A DNA stretch of 64,000 nt from Syntrophorhabdaceae bacterium (GTDB lineage Bacteria > Desulfobacterota > Syntrophorhabdia > Syntrophorhabdales > Syntrophorhabdaceae). Under the pieces are notes generated by a model. The model saw only the letters and a program-made list of their open reading frames with translations. It was not told the origin of the DNA and did not search any database. Where the stretch lies: contig OY762209.1 in assembly GCA_963665295.1 (NCBI GenBank), positions 1,792,001-1,856,000 of the forward strand, written 5' to 3'. The first letter of the stretch is position 1; each line of letters starts with the position of its first letter. Position numbers and translations under genes: made by a program. Shown one piece after another: positions 10,560 to 20,579 of this stretch.

Positions 10560-10709
10560 GGATCGCCGCACGGGACGAAAACGCTATATAGGCCGCTCTG
10601 CAAAGGGAGGCGTGCTCTGGCGTATGAATATACGCCGACGCCCAGCCTCCCTTCACAGCCCAACCTATCTAGTGTCTCCGCCCCGTGCGACGATCCACTC
10701 GACCCGGCA
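10560..10709 (-). ncRNA. Rod-like hairpin element A (candidate structured RNA or ssDNA)
   Basis: 48 of 52 stem positions pair on the minus strand, 8 of them as G-U wobbles; apical GGCGTAT/ATACGCC stem. Confidence 0.6.
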
Positions 10710-10731
10710 GCAATTAATCAAAAGAGCTAAT

Positions 10732-10889
10732 GATGCCGGGAGATTTGCACCAGGGGGGCGCAGGCCTACCGGCGTAGGAACATGTGTATGGCATCCGGGC
10801 CACAGATTGGAAACCCCGGGGGCACCACTATGGGGCCCCGGCTTGGGTGCAAGCCTTCGCTGATTCAACTGGTCGTTATTTCCGGCATC
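10732..10889 (+). ncRNA. Multi-helix structured element B (candidate ncRNA)
   Basis: GATGCCGG/CCGGCATC closing stem, GGCGCAGGC/GCCTTCGCT, GCATCCGGGC/GCTTGGGTGC (3 G-U), CCTAC/GTAGG and CCGGGG/CCCCGG hairpins. Confidence 0.45.
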
Positions 10890-10912
10890 CACTGATTGAG
10901 ATAAATAAGATA

Positions 10913-11070
10913 TGCCGGGTGGAGTAGGCGGGGGCATGGAGGGGAAGTTTCAGATGGGCTGCTCTGTGAAGGGGTGTGGCCTGGAGCCGTACTTAATGTA
11001 CGGAGGAAGGCTCGCCCCTTTGCAGAGGGGTCCATATGGAGCTTTCCCTTTATGCCCACTCCTATCCACT
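10913..11070 (+). ncRNA. Rod-like hairpin element C, homologous to element A
   Basis: 43 of 45 central positions pair on the plus strand with 10 G-U; shares the CTGTGAAGGG/CCCTTTGCAG core and 5' TGCCGGGT(C/G)GAGT with A. Confidence 0.6.
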
Positions 11071-11127
11071 AAAACAAGCCCTAAAACACACGACTTTAGA
11101 ACGCAAACCGTCGTGCCCCCTCGTCCG

Positions 11128-12336
11128 TTATTCGCCTTTTCTCGCGGTGCGATGGATTGCTTCTTCCAGGAGCGCGAGGCCTTCTTCCATTTCTTCCTGC
11201 GCGATATTGAGAGCGGGGAATATCCTGATCATCGTTCCCTGCGTCTGCCTGACAAAGAGTCGCCTGTCGAAGCACTCCGCAGTAACGTCACCGGCGGTTT
11301 CCTCATCCCGGAATTCGAGGGCGAGAAGCAGGCCCTTGCCCCGGACGTCAATTATCATCTCGGGGTACGCCTCCATCCACTTGTGCATGCGGTCGAGGGC
11401 GACACCGCCCATTTTGACGACATTGCCGGCTATATCATGGTCGAGAAGGTAGCGGATGACCGCGTAGGATACGGCACATCCCAGGGGATTGCCGCAGTAG
11501 GTCCCGCCATGATCGCCGGGTTCGAGCATCATCGCGACGGCCTCAGACATGGCGAAAGCGCCGAAAGGAAAGCCCCCGGCTATCCCCTTGGCCATGGTCA
11601 TAAAGTCTGCCTCCACGTTCAGGGGACCTATGGCGAACATGGAGCCGGTCCGGCAAAACCCCGTTTGTATCTCGTCGATGATAAGCATACTGCCGTTTGT
11701 CCGGCACAGTCGGCTTACCTCCTGAAGGTAGCCCTCCTGAGGACATATTACCCCGCCCTCACCTTGAACGGGCTCCAGTATCAGGGCCGCCACGTTTTCG
11801 TCAAGGGCCTTTTTAAGGGCGTCCAGGTCATCATAGGGGACAAACCGGTAATTGGGCATGAGGGGGTTGAACTTTTCCCGGTGCTTGGCCTGCCCCGTGG
11901 CCGATGCCGTGCTGATCGTCCTGCCGTGGAAGCCCTGGTCCATTGCGATGACGTCCAGCCTGCCTGTCGCCTTCCGGGCGAGTTTGATCGCCGCATCGTT
12001 CGCTTCGGCCCCGCTGTTGGAGAAGAACACCCGGGTGAGCGGCGGGGGAAGGATCTCGCTCATCAACGACAGGAGACGGGCCCGCGCCGGAGAGTAGGTG
12101 AGCCCGGAGTTCGGGTTCTGGATAATCTTCCTGCTCTGTTCCAGGAGGGCATCGGTAATCACCGGATGGGCGTGACCGAGGCACGTGACTCCCCAGCCCG
12201 AGGTGAAGTCGAGAAACCGGTTTCCCTCTTCATCCCAGACCTGAACGCCCGCGCCCCTCTCGATCGAGACAGGAATTTTCTTGAAAAAAGGCGGTGTCCG
12301 CTTATCTTCTATCTCCATGGTTATTGACGTTGTCAT
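11128..12336 (-). CDS. argD: Acetylornithine aminotransferase (class III)
   Basis: DFTSGWGV, NSGAEANDAAIK, FHGRT, EPVQGEGG, DEIQTG, MAKGIAGG, GTYCGNP. Confidence 0.8.
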   Translation of the reverse strand: MTTSITMEIEDKRTPPFFKKIPVSIERGAGVQVWDEEGNRFLDFTSGWGVTCLGHAHPVITDALLEQSRKIIQNPNSGLTYSPARARLLSLMSEILPPPLTRVFFSNSGAEANDAAIKLARKATGRLDVIAMDQGFHGRTISTASATGQAKHREKFNPLMPNYRFVPYDDLDALKKALDENVAALILEPVQGEGGVICPQEGYLQEVSRLCRTNGSMLIIDEIQTGFCRTGSMFAIGPLNVEADFMTMAKGIAGGFPFGAFAMSEAVAMMLEPGDHGGTYCGNPLGCAVSYAVIRYLLDHDIAGNVVKMGGVALDRMHKWMEAYPEMIIDVRGKGLLLALEFRDEETAGDVTAECFDRRLFVRQTQGTMIRIFPALNIAQEEMEEGLALLEEAIHRTARKGE

Positions 12337-12514
12337 TCTTTCCTCTCCACCGGATTATATTAGTGCCGCGGAAATCCGCGGGTCTGAAATCCTATCGCCC
12401 CTCACATCTTTTGTCAAACGGAATAAACGGTCCCGGCGGCCACGGGAGGGTTTCTCCTTCCCTTTTCTTACCCCGGAAGGTTACAATGTCTTTGGATTTG
12501 AGGAGGAAGACATC

Positions 12515-12973
12515 ATGGATTATCGGCAAATGACTTCACCATGCGGCCTTGACTGCTTTAATTGCCCCGCGTACCTGGCGAAGGGGGATGCGGAACTGAG
12601 GGCGGACATCGCCCGGAAACTCAACATATCTCCCGCGGAGGCCACATGCAAGGGGTGCAGGGACGCACGGGGCATCATATCCTTTTTGGGTGACAGCAAG
12701 GCATGCGCAATATTCGATTGCACGAGCAGGCAAGGCATTGAGTACTGCTATGAATGCGGCGATTTTCCCTGCGACCATCTCCACCCCTATGCGGACCAGG
12801 CATCGGTGAGACCGCATAACACCAAGCTTTTCAACTTGTGTCTGATCAAGAAGATGGGGATTGAACGATGGGCTGAAGACAAGGCGGCGAAGGTCAAGGA
12901 AACTTACTTCAAGGGCAAGCTTAGAGTACATCACGCAGATAACGGCGAAGCGGCCCCTAAAACGGAGAGCTGA
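12515..12973 (+). CDS. DUF3795-type Cys-rich protein
   Basis: PCGLDCFNC, CKGC, CYECGDFPC; RBS GAGGAGG. Confidence 0.8.
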   Translation: MDYRQMTSPCGLDCFNCPAYLAKGDAELRADIARKLNISPAEATCKGCRDARGIISFLGDSKACAIFDCTSRQGIEYCYECGDFPCDHLHPYADQASVRPHNTKLFNLCLIKKMGIERWAEDKAAKVKETYFKGKLRVHHADNGEAAPKTES

Positions 12974-13022
12974 GACGGGCAGACTCAGCCGGCAAGAAAG
13001 ATCCCCGCGTCCCGTCCGTCGC

Positions 13023-13778
13023 TTACTCCGCGCACATCCTGTCTATGAGACTGACCCCGTCATCTCTGATACAAGTGTACCAGATTCCGTTGGTCCAACT
13101 CGTCCGCCCGGCCCTGATGTTTTCAAAGACCGCGGCGATAAAGTAAGGAAGCTCTTTTGCGGGACTCATTGAGCCGCTCCACCCAAGGAGCCCGCCCCTG
13201 AAAGGCCCCGTCCTCGTCGTCACGTGGTTTATTTTGATGGCGCCAATCGTTTTTCCGCTCTTTGTATCGATTATTCTGACTTCCATCTCGCAGAGGCCGC
13301 ACTTGAGCCCTGCGGCAACTACTGTTTTGGCCAACTGTTTGCCGGTGATCTCCTGATACTTTGCGATGGAACCGAGCAACGCTATGTCGGCGCCTGGACC
13401 ATCGGTTCGGTCCACTCTGGTGAATAGCTCCTTCTGCAGCAGCACTGTCTTCACCTCGTCTGCCGCGCCCCTCGTGACGTCTTCCCCTGCCCGCGGGTCA
13501 GACGACTTGAAATCCGGTATATAGACCGACTTGACTCCGGTGAAGTCATAGTCTTTATGGACGTAGTACACCAGAGTCGGTTCGCAGGTCGATCCAATGG
13601 AGTTGCTCACCTTCGCCTGAGACAGGTTGGCTGCAGCCTCCAACTGTGCGTAATCCTCCTGCTCCAGTGCGCCCAGGGGACGAACCTTCATACTTACCGG
13701 CGCGTGACAACCTGTACAGATTGCGAGGACAATCGCCATAGCCGCCATCATCGATCCAAGCCGCTTTTCTCCCGTCAT
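13023..13778 (-). CDS. Lipoprotein (DUF4410-like)
   Basis: Lipobox-like CTGC after a hydrophobic stretch; RBS GGAGG. Confidence 0.65.
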   Translation of the reverse strand: MTGEKRLGSMMAAMAIVLAICTGCHAPVSMKVRPLGALEQEDYAQLEAAANLSQAKVSNSIGSTCEPTLVYYVHKDYDFTGVKSVYIPDFKSSDPRAGEDVTRGAADEVKTVLLQKELFTRVDRTDGPGADIALLGSIAKYQEITGKQLAKTVVAAGLKCGLCEMEVRIIDTKSGKTIGAIKINHVTTRTGPFRGGLLGWSGSMSPAKELPYFIAAVFENIRAGRTSWTNGIWYTCIRDDGVSLIDRMCAE

Positions 13779-13888
13779 TTCAACCTCCCATGCTGATCAG
13801 ACATTATATCGGTTCCCCTCGATAGAACACGTGTATTTTACCCGGCGTCGAATGAACCCCGTGTTCCGGAGCAACATGGAGCAGCGTA

Positions 13889-15016
13889 TTACAGGCTTCC
13901 CACCTTTTCATTGAAGGCTTTTTCCAACTCGGCAAGGGCCGCCTTGAGGTCGGCTTCCTCGATAGTCGGGCCGCACCAGAAACGATAGCCGGGGGGCGCA
14001 TCCTTGTAAGCGTTGATGTCGTGCACCGTGCCCGCCTTGCTCAGGTCCGACGCGACGCTCTTGAGGAAGGTGCGCTTTTCATCGGCGCTCAGCGCATTGA
14101 CTTTGGGGTGGGTCACGCTCAGGCACACGGATGTATTGGAGCGGACCTCGGGATCACGGGCCAGAAATTCAATCCAGTCGATTTTGGCGACCCAGTCGGC
14201 CACTGCTTTCAGGTTGGCCTGACTCTTCCTGATCAGGCCGGGAACGCCGATCTTGCCCGCCCAATCCAGCGCGTCGAGATAGTCTTCCACGCAGAGCATG
14301 GAAGGGGTGTTAATGACGTCGCCTTCGAAGATCGCTTTGTTTACCTTGCCGCCCTTCTTGAGACGGAATATCTTGGGCATGGGCCAGGGCGGATCGTATG
14401 ATTCGAGACGCGCCACCGCACGGGGACCCAAAACCATCATACCATGGGCAGCTTCGCCGCCCAGACATTTCTGCCAGGAGAAGGTCAAAACATCAACCTT
14501 GCTCCAGTCTATTTCCATGGCGTACGCGGCGCTGGTGGCATCACACAGAGACAGGCCTTCGCGGTCGGCGGGAATCCAATCATAGTCGGGAATTTTCACA
14601 CCGCTGGTCGTCCCGTTGGCCACAAACACCACGTCATTTGTCCAGTCAACAGATTTTAAATCGGGGAGCTTTCCGTAATCGGCCTTGATGATTTTGGGGT
14701 CGAGTTTAAGTTGTGTGGCAACATCTGTTGCCCAGCCTTCGGAAAAGCTTTCCCAGACCAATACGGTAACCGGCCTGGGGCCCAACAGGCTCCACATGGC
14801 GCATTCAAACGCTCCCGTATCGGATGCAGGCATAATGCCCACCAGGTAATCCGGCGGAATACTTAATAGTTGTCGTGTATCATTAATGGCTTTGACGATT
14901 CTTCCCTTGCCCGCCGGGGATCGGTGAGACCGTCCGACCGGCGCGTTCTTCAACGCATCGATACTCCACGACGGCCTCTTGCTGCAGGGTCCGGAACTGA
15001 AATTAGAGTTTCCCAT
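13889..15016 (-). CDS. serC: Phosphoserine aminotransferase (Methanosarcina/alphaproteobacterial type)
   Basis: FSSGP, GRSHRS, SDTGAFE, NGTTSGV, DATSA, FSWQK, INTPSML, RFWCGPT. Confidence 0.92.
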   Translation of the reverse strand: MGNSNFSSGPCSKRPSWSIDALKNAPVGRSHRSPAGKGRIVKAINDTRQLLSIPPDYLVGIMPASDTGAFECAMWSLLGPRPVTVLVWESFSEGWATDVATQLKLDPKIIKADYGKLPDLKSVDWTNDVVFVANGTTSGVKIPDYDWIPADREGLSLCDATSAAYAMEIDWSKVDVLTFSWQKCLGGEAAHGMMVLGPRAVARLESYDPPWPMPKIFRLKKGGKVNKAIFEGDVINTPSMLCVEDYLDALDWAGKIGVPGLIRKSQANLKAVADWVAKIDWIEFLARDPEVRSNTSVCLSVTHPKVNALSADEKRTFLKSVASDLSKAGTVHDINAYKDAPPGYRFWCGPTIEEADLKAALAELEKAFNEKVGSL

Positions 15017-15127
15017 AGATAAGGTTCCTTAAAATGAATTTTTCAAAACTATCTTTTTCTTACCAATATTGAAGCTTTTACGCAATGAATTTTAATCACC
15101 TGAGCCTCCCCAGGCATGAGGCTCACC

Positions 15128-16352
15128 TCACCGGCGCACCGCACCAAAGCGCCTCCACGCCATGAGAACCACGGGCGCCGCCGCCATTGCCGCCGATGCC
15201 ACACCCATGACCGCGAAGCCGCCCGCAGCATACACCACCCCGCTTCCCACCTGACTCGCCGCCGATGCCAGATTCAGGAGCAGATCGTTGAACCCCTGTG
15301 TCTTGGCCCGTTCTCCCGGTGACAGGTGATCGGCCAGGAGTGTTGACCCGGCCACATAGGCGAAGTTCCAACCCAACCCGAGGAGGAATAGGGCAATCGA
15401 GAGGGACAGGAAACCCACGGAAGGCGCTGCGAGCAGGCACGATACAATGAGCACTGCCGATCCCAGAGTAATCACGGGCTTTCGCCCCCATCGGTCGGTC
15501 AGTCTCCCGGAAATCACCGAAAAAGCGTACATCCCCAGGGTGTGCGCGGAGATTACGAAGGACACGGCGGTCAGGGGGTGCTGATGGGCCCGCATGTGCA
15601 CTGATGTTATCGACATGGGCACCATCATCACCACCTGGGCAAAAACCATTGCCGTCATGGCAATGATGACCTCCGGCTGTTTCACAATCTCTGCAAGAGA
15701 GCGTGTTGTCTGTCGGCGGGCCGATTCGGGGTGGATAAGGGCAAGCTCACGGCCGACTTCGCGCGGGTCGGGTCTCAGTCGTGCGAAGATCAGCAGAGCC
15801 GCGAGAGCAAGGACCACAGAACCGAGTACGTAAGGCCCGGCAAGCTCCGGGAGTCCCGTCCATGTCGCCAGTTGCCCTGTAGGTCCCACCAGAAGCGGCC
15901 CCAGGATTGCGCCCACCGTGCTTCCCAGCACGACATTGGCGATGGCATGCCCCCGTTTCTCCGGCAGGTGGACCTCCGCTGCCGCGAAGCGTCCGAGATC
16001 GACGGCCGACCTCGCCATCCCCATCAGGACCAGGCCGATCAAAAAGAGTGGGAACGAGCGGCGGGCCACGGCAGCCACGGCAATTACCGAGCCTGCCACC
16101 CCTATTATCTGGCCGAGGACGATAGTGCGACGGCGGCCGATCCTTTATACTCAAACCCCAGACCATGGAGCCGCCTGCCTGCCCCAGCACATAGAGGGCC
16201 CCGGGCACTCCTGCCATGGCTGTTCGGCCGCTCAGTTCAATGCCCACTATGGCATTGACGGTGAAGGCGGCGATGAAGGCAGCGGAACTGAGGCCCTGGG
16301 ACATAAAGAGGGCCGCCGTAATTTTCTTTGCGAGTGAATCGTAATCTTTCAT
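15128..16352 (-). pseudogene. MFS transporter, frameshifted near 16145
   Basis: N-terminus MKDYDSLAKK...VWGLSI continues as RIGRRRTIVLG (MFS motif A) only in another frame; GRLTDRWGRK in the C-half. Could be an assembly indel. Confidence 0.8.
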
Positions 16353-16362
16353 ATTTCCATCG

Positions 16363-16797
16363 TCATTCAGCAGAAAGGGCATCACCTTCGATATTCCGGT
16401 CATTGCTCTGCGACGGTTGGCCTGCCAGAGTTATCCTGATGACGGAATTTGCCTTCAGCGTGTGGTGCACCGGGCAGTTCTCCACATGCTTCAGAAGTTC
16501 TTCGCTTTGGCGTGCGTCGAGTGCGGTGTCTTTCATGTCAATGACCATGTTGATGTCCGACAGCCGTTCTCTCCCGTTTGTAAGCCCGGCTTCGGCTTTT
16601 ATGGCAAAGCCCTTCGTGTCGATGTGCTCTCCCCGGATAAAGTCTCCCACCCAGTGCCCTGCGCCTCGTCATAGGCCTGCAAGAACGGTTTCGATGGGGT
16701 TTGCCCCCGTGCCTGCCGTGTCGATCACGAAACTGTAATCTTTTGTGGCTGCGAAATGCCGTGAATCTCCAATGTTCTCGATCGATGCACTATACAT
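16363..16797 (-). CDS. OsmC-family protein with in-frame TGA at 16669-16671 (candidate selenoprotein, otherwise pseudogene)
   Basis: GANPIETVLAGL*RGAGHW...ENCPVHHTL read in one frame; RBS AAGGAGG. Confidence 0.7.
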
Positions 16798-17199
16798 AAC
16801 TCCTCCTTTTGCCATTGTTCCGTTGCGGGACCTTTGCGTCGGCAATGGTCGCGCCCCCTTTTCTGCCTTATTTAAGCACAAGCGCCGAAAAGGTAACAGA
16901 CGCAGAATTCCAGTTTTTTCGTCTGACAGTTGCATCCTGAACGCAACTGTGCCCGTGGAATATGGGCCAAAGTGTATTTGTATTCACTCCTTAAGACGCG
17001 GTATAATGGGGCTGTCATGATGGAGAATTCCGGGGTGGAATCGAAAAATCCGTTGCTTTATGAAGATGTCGCCCTCAGAGTGACCGCGATGATCGACAAG
17101 TCAATTAGGTTAGACCGGTCGGCTCATGGTTGGTGTTTCAACTTGAAAACCAGCAGGGATTTGAGCATAATAGACTCAAATGGAGCAGGAGGGAGAGGC

Positions 17200-18693
17200 A
17201 TGATACGCGGAACTTCGAGTCTTACAGTCACGAGTGAACTATCATATTTGCCTGCAATACAGGCTTTCGCACGAGAGTTTGCAAGGGAAACAGGATTCGG
17301 CGGCAATGATCAGGAAATGATCGTTCTGGCCCTTGAGGAGGCTGTTACAAATGTAATCGAGCACGCCTTCGAGTCCGGGGAGCAGCCATTTCAGATTATC
17401 TTCAAGCCCTCGACAGGGGGTATCGAGATCATAGTTAAAGACATGGGCTTGCCTTACGATCTTAGCCTCCTCCCCAAATACGAAGCGCCTACGGACATTG
17501 AGGGGATGCCTTCCAGAGGCCTCGGATCTCTTATCATGGGGAAATGTGTTGACGAGGTGTTTCTCTGTAACCTGGGAAAGGGAGGGAAAGAACTGCATCT
17601 CGTTAAACGCCTACCGGTCAGGAGCGTCGTGGAACTGGTTGAGTGTCCGGAACCTGGCCCGTCTCGGAAACCCGTCGCCGACAAGGATGTGCCCGACTCG
17701 TCCTCTTCAGTTGAGTTGAGGTTGATGAAGTCCTCCGAAGCACTGGAAGTATCCAAGCTCTTCTATCGGGCATACGGGTATTCATACCTGTCGGACGTGA
17801 TGTACTACCCGGAAAGGCTTGCCGAGTACAATCGGGAAGGTCTCATCACTTCGATTGTCGCAGTATCTGAAGAAGGGGAAATTGTCGGACACCTGGCCAT
17901 GACCAGGGAAAAGCGTGACGATACGGTGGCTGAAGCGGGAAAAGGCGCGGTGAAACCAAGCTTCAGGGGCAAAGATATCTTCACGGGGATGCAAAGACTT
18001 CTTAACGACACAGCCAAAGCCATGGGAATCAGGGCCCTTTACGGGAGGGCGGTCACGGTTCATAGCGCTACACAGAAGATGGTGGAGAAGACGGGCTACA
18101 AATTGTGCGGGGTGGTTCTCGGTTACGCTCCGGCTGATATGGCGTTCAAGGGGATCCAGGAGCAACTCTCCCAGCGGGAAAGCCTGATATATTGTTTTCA
18201 GCCCGTCGTTGAGCTGCCGGTCACATCGGTGTTCCTCCCTTCCCATCACGAGGCCATCTTACGCCGGATATACTCGCATCTCGGCCTGACCAGGAATTTC
18301 CACACACCATTCGAAATAGTTCCGGTGGCGGACCTGTCGGTAATGGAAGTGAAGGTGTATTCCGAAATAAACAGTGCGGAGATCGTGGTTCGCCAATATG
18401 GCAAGGATGTTATAAGAGTCCTTCGGGACCACCTGAGAGACCTTTGCGCCAAAAGAATTGATCATTTTACTCTCTTCCTGGATTTGGGGGACCAGGCAAC
18501 GGCCCTCATGTGTGAAGAGATAGAAAGACTGGGATTCTTCATGGGCGGGATCATCCCTTGCCTTCACTTTGAAGACACGCTGATACTCCAATACCTGAAT
18601 AACCTGATTGTCGATCCTTCCAAGATAAAACTGCATTCCCCTATGGTAAAGGAAATTGTCGCCTACGTTAATGACCACATCGGCGGGAAATAG
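17200..18693 (+). CDS. RsbW-like HATPase (anti-sigma) fused to a GNAT acetyltransferase domain
   Basis: LALEEAVTNVIEHA, VKDMG, GLGSLIM; then VKPSFRGKDI GNAT motif; RBS GGAGGGAGAGG. Confidence 0.8.
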   Translation: MIRGTSSLTVTSELSYLPAIQAFAREFARETGFGGNDQEMIVLALEEAVTNVIEHAFESGEQPFQIIFKPSTGGIEIIVKDMGLPYDLSLLPKYEAPTDIEGMPSRGLGSLIMGKCVDEVFLCNLGKGGKELHLVKRLPVRSVVELVECPEPGPSRKPVADKDVPDSSSSVELRLMKSSEALEVSKLFYRAYGYSYLSDVMYYPERLAEYNREGLITSIVAVSEEGEIVGHLAMTREKRDDTVAEAGKGAVKPSFRGKDIFTGMQRLLNDTAKAMGIRALYGRAVTVHSATQKMVEKTGYKLCGVVLGYAPADMAFKGIQEQLSQRESLIYCFQPVVELPVTSVFLPSHHEAILRRIYSHLGLTRNFHTPFEIVPVADLSVMEVKVYSEINSAEIVVRQYGKDVIRVLRDHLRDLCAKRIDHFTLFLDLGDQATALMCEEIERLGFFMGGIIPCLHFEDTLILQYLNNLIVDPSKIKLHSPMVKEIVAYVNDHIGGK

Positions 18694-18887
18694 GGGACAG
18701 GGATGTCCATTAAACTATCAAATAAGCCATACTATAGCCTTTCTGTACCCCTAAGATGATGCACCGCCCCTGCGGCACCAATGCGAGCTTTTCTCGGCAT
18801 GAAGATATCAGGGGGAGCACGGATGTCAAATGAATGTGATTATTTAATGGCCGTCCCTAATGTACCCTAATGTACCCTAATGTACCC
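18693..18887 (-). mobile_element. Internally deleted RAYT derivative (MITE 1) with tandem 10-bp units
   Basis: 21-bp imperfect IRs 18700-18720 / 18837-18857 (17/21); encodes RAYT-like start MPRKARIGAAGAVHHL joined to a KGYSMAYLIV* 3' end; TAATGTACCC x3 at 18858-18887. Confidence 0.8.
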
Positions 18888-19413
18888 TTTTAATGGACGT
18901 TATATATTCCCATGCATTCACACCAGACTCCGGAGCATAGCAGAAAAAAAGGTTTTTTATCAGACTACCAAAAAATGAGACCCCCTGTTAAGATTGAAGT
19001 TCCACCAACAAACTCAACCAGGAGGTCTCAGATGAAACAAAAAGATGATAGCAGGTTGAAGGAATTTCGTCAATTGAAGCGCGAGATTCGCGGCTCCAGG
19101 GAGTATCTGGTGATCGGCATAGACATCGCGAAGGAGCGCCACCATGCCTTCTTCGGCATGCCCACAGGAAAGACCCTTTTGCGAAGGCTTGTATTCGATA
19201 ATACGAGAGAAGGCTTTGAAAGCCTCTGTCTCCATGCGGATACCCTTGCAAAACAGTACGATCTTAAGAAGGTCGTCTTCGGCATGGAGCCTACGGCAGA
19301 CTATCATAAACCTCTCGCTGAGTATCTCATAGGGCAGGGACATATGGTGAGTTAGGATGGATATAGTGGACACCATATGCGGTACAATATGGATACATAA
19401 CGGAGGTGTCCGA

Positions 19414-19722
19414 GTGGCAAAGATTCCCAGAGGAGTGTTTACAAAAGAGTTCAAAGAGGAAGCGGTAAGAATGGTGACGGAGGGCGGTCTCGGCATACCT
19501 GAGGTAGGCAGAAGACTGTCACTTGCGAAGTCAACCCTCGCTCGGTGGGTAGCCCAGGCAAAAAGGGGCGGCCTTGTGGTAACGCGAGGTCAGGCGACGG
19601 ACCAGGACATGGAAGTGGCCCGCCTGAAGCGTGAGATAGCTGAGCTCAAGATGGAGCGCGATATTTTAAAAAACGCGACCGCGTACTTTGCCAGAGAGTC
19701 GCTCAAAGGTACGCGATCGTGA
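19414..19722 (+). CDS. IS3 transposase OrfA
   Basis: FTKEFKEEAV HTH, LKMERDILK; AAAAAAC slippery site at 19668-19674. Confidence 0.9.
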   Translation: MAKIPRGVFTKEFKEEAVRMVTEGGLGIPEVGRRLSLAKSTLARWVAQAKRGGLVVTRGQATDQDMEVARLKREIAELKMERDILKNATAYFARESLKGTRS

Positions 19723-20579
19723 AAATCCTGCGACTCAAATATCCCCTTGCCCTTCTCTGTCAGGTACTCGAAGTATCTCGAAGCGGTTACTATGCATGGT
19801 TTAACCGCCCGCTTTCGCGACGCGCCCAGGAGGAAGAACGGCTGGAGATAGAGATAAAAGCTGCTCACAAAAGAACCCGGAAGACCTGCGGTCCCGAGAG
19901 ACTGCAAAAGGATCTTGCCGGGCATGGCGTAAAGGTGGGCATCTCAAGGATCAGACGGATAAGGAAGAGGCTCGGTATACGGTGTAAACAAGTGAAGAAG
20001 TACAAAACCACCACAGACTCGAATCATTCGCTCCCCGTGGCGGAGAACATCCTTGATCAGGATTTTACCGTGGAGGCTCCCGACGAGGTGTGGGTCAGCG
20101 ATATCACCTACATCCCTACCGATGAGGGCTGGCTCTACTGTGCCGCCCACAAGGACCTTTTTACCGGGGAGATCGTGGGCTACGCCCTGGGGGCGAGAAT
20201 GACCAGGGAGCTTGTGCTTAGGTCTCTCATAAGAGCAGTGGCAGTAAGAAAGCCACCGAAAGGCCTGATCCACCACTCGGATCGGGGAAGCCAGTACTGC
20301 TCTACTGAATATCAGAGACTACTCCTGCAGTTCGGCATGAAAGCTTCAATGAGCAGAAGGGGCAACTGCTACGACAACGCGCCCATGGAAAGCTTCTGGG
20401 GTACGTTGAAAAATGAGCTTATCCATCACCGTAATTACCATACGAGGGATGAGGCGACCGGGGAGATTACCGAGTATATAGAAGTCTTCTATAACCGGGA
20501 GAGGCGCCAGAAACGGCTCGACTATTTATCTCCTGCGGCATACGCAAGAAGATACTATGCCCAGAAAAGGGCGGCGTGA
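19719..20579 (+). CDS. IS3 transposase OrfB (DDE)
   Basis: WVSDITY, HHSDRGSQY, CYDNAPMESF. Confidence 0.95.
   Translation: MKILRLKYPLALLCQVLEVSRSGYYAWFNRPLSRRAQEEERLEIEIKAAHKRTRKTCGPERLQKDLAGHGVKVGISRIRRIRKRLGIRCKQVKKYKTTTDSNHSLPVAENILDQDFTVEAPDEVWVSDITYIPTDEGWLYCAAHKDLFTGEIVGYALGARMTRELVLRSLIRAVAVRKPPKGLIHHSDRGSQYCSTEYQRLLLQFGMKASMSRRGNCYDNAPMESFWGTLKNELIHHRNYHTRDEATGEITEYIEVFYNRERRQKRLDYLSPAAYARRYYAQKRAA

Noticed and set aside
10560..11070. Integron attC sites, retron msr/msd, SRP RNA, or NiCo riboswitch
   Set aside because: No RYYYAAC/GTTRRRY ends, no integrase or reverse transcriptase nearby, and no SRP or NiCo consensus recognisable by eye
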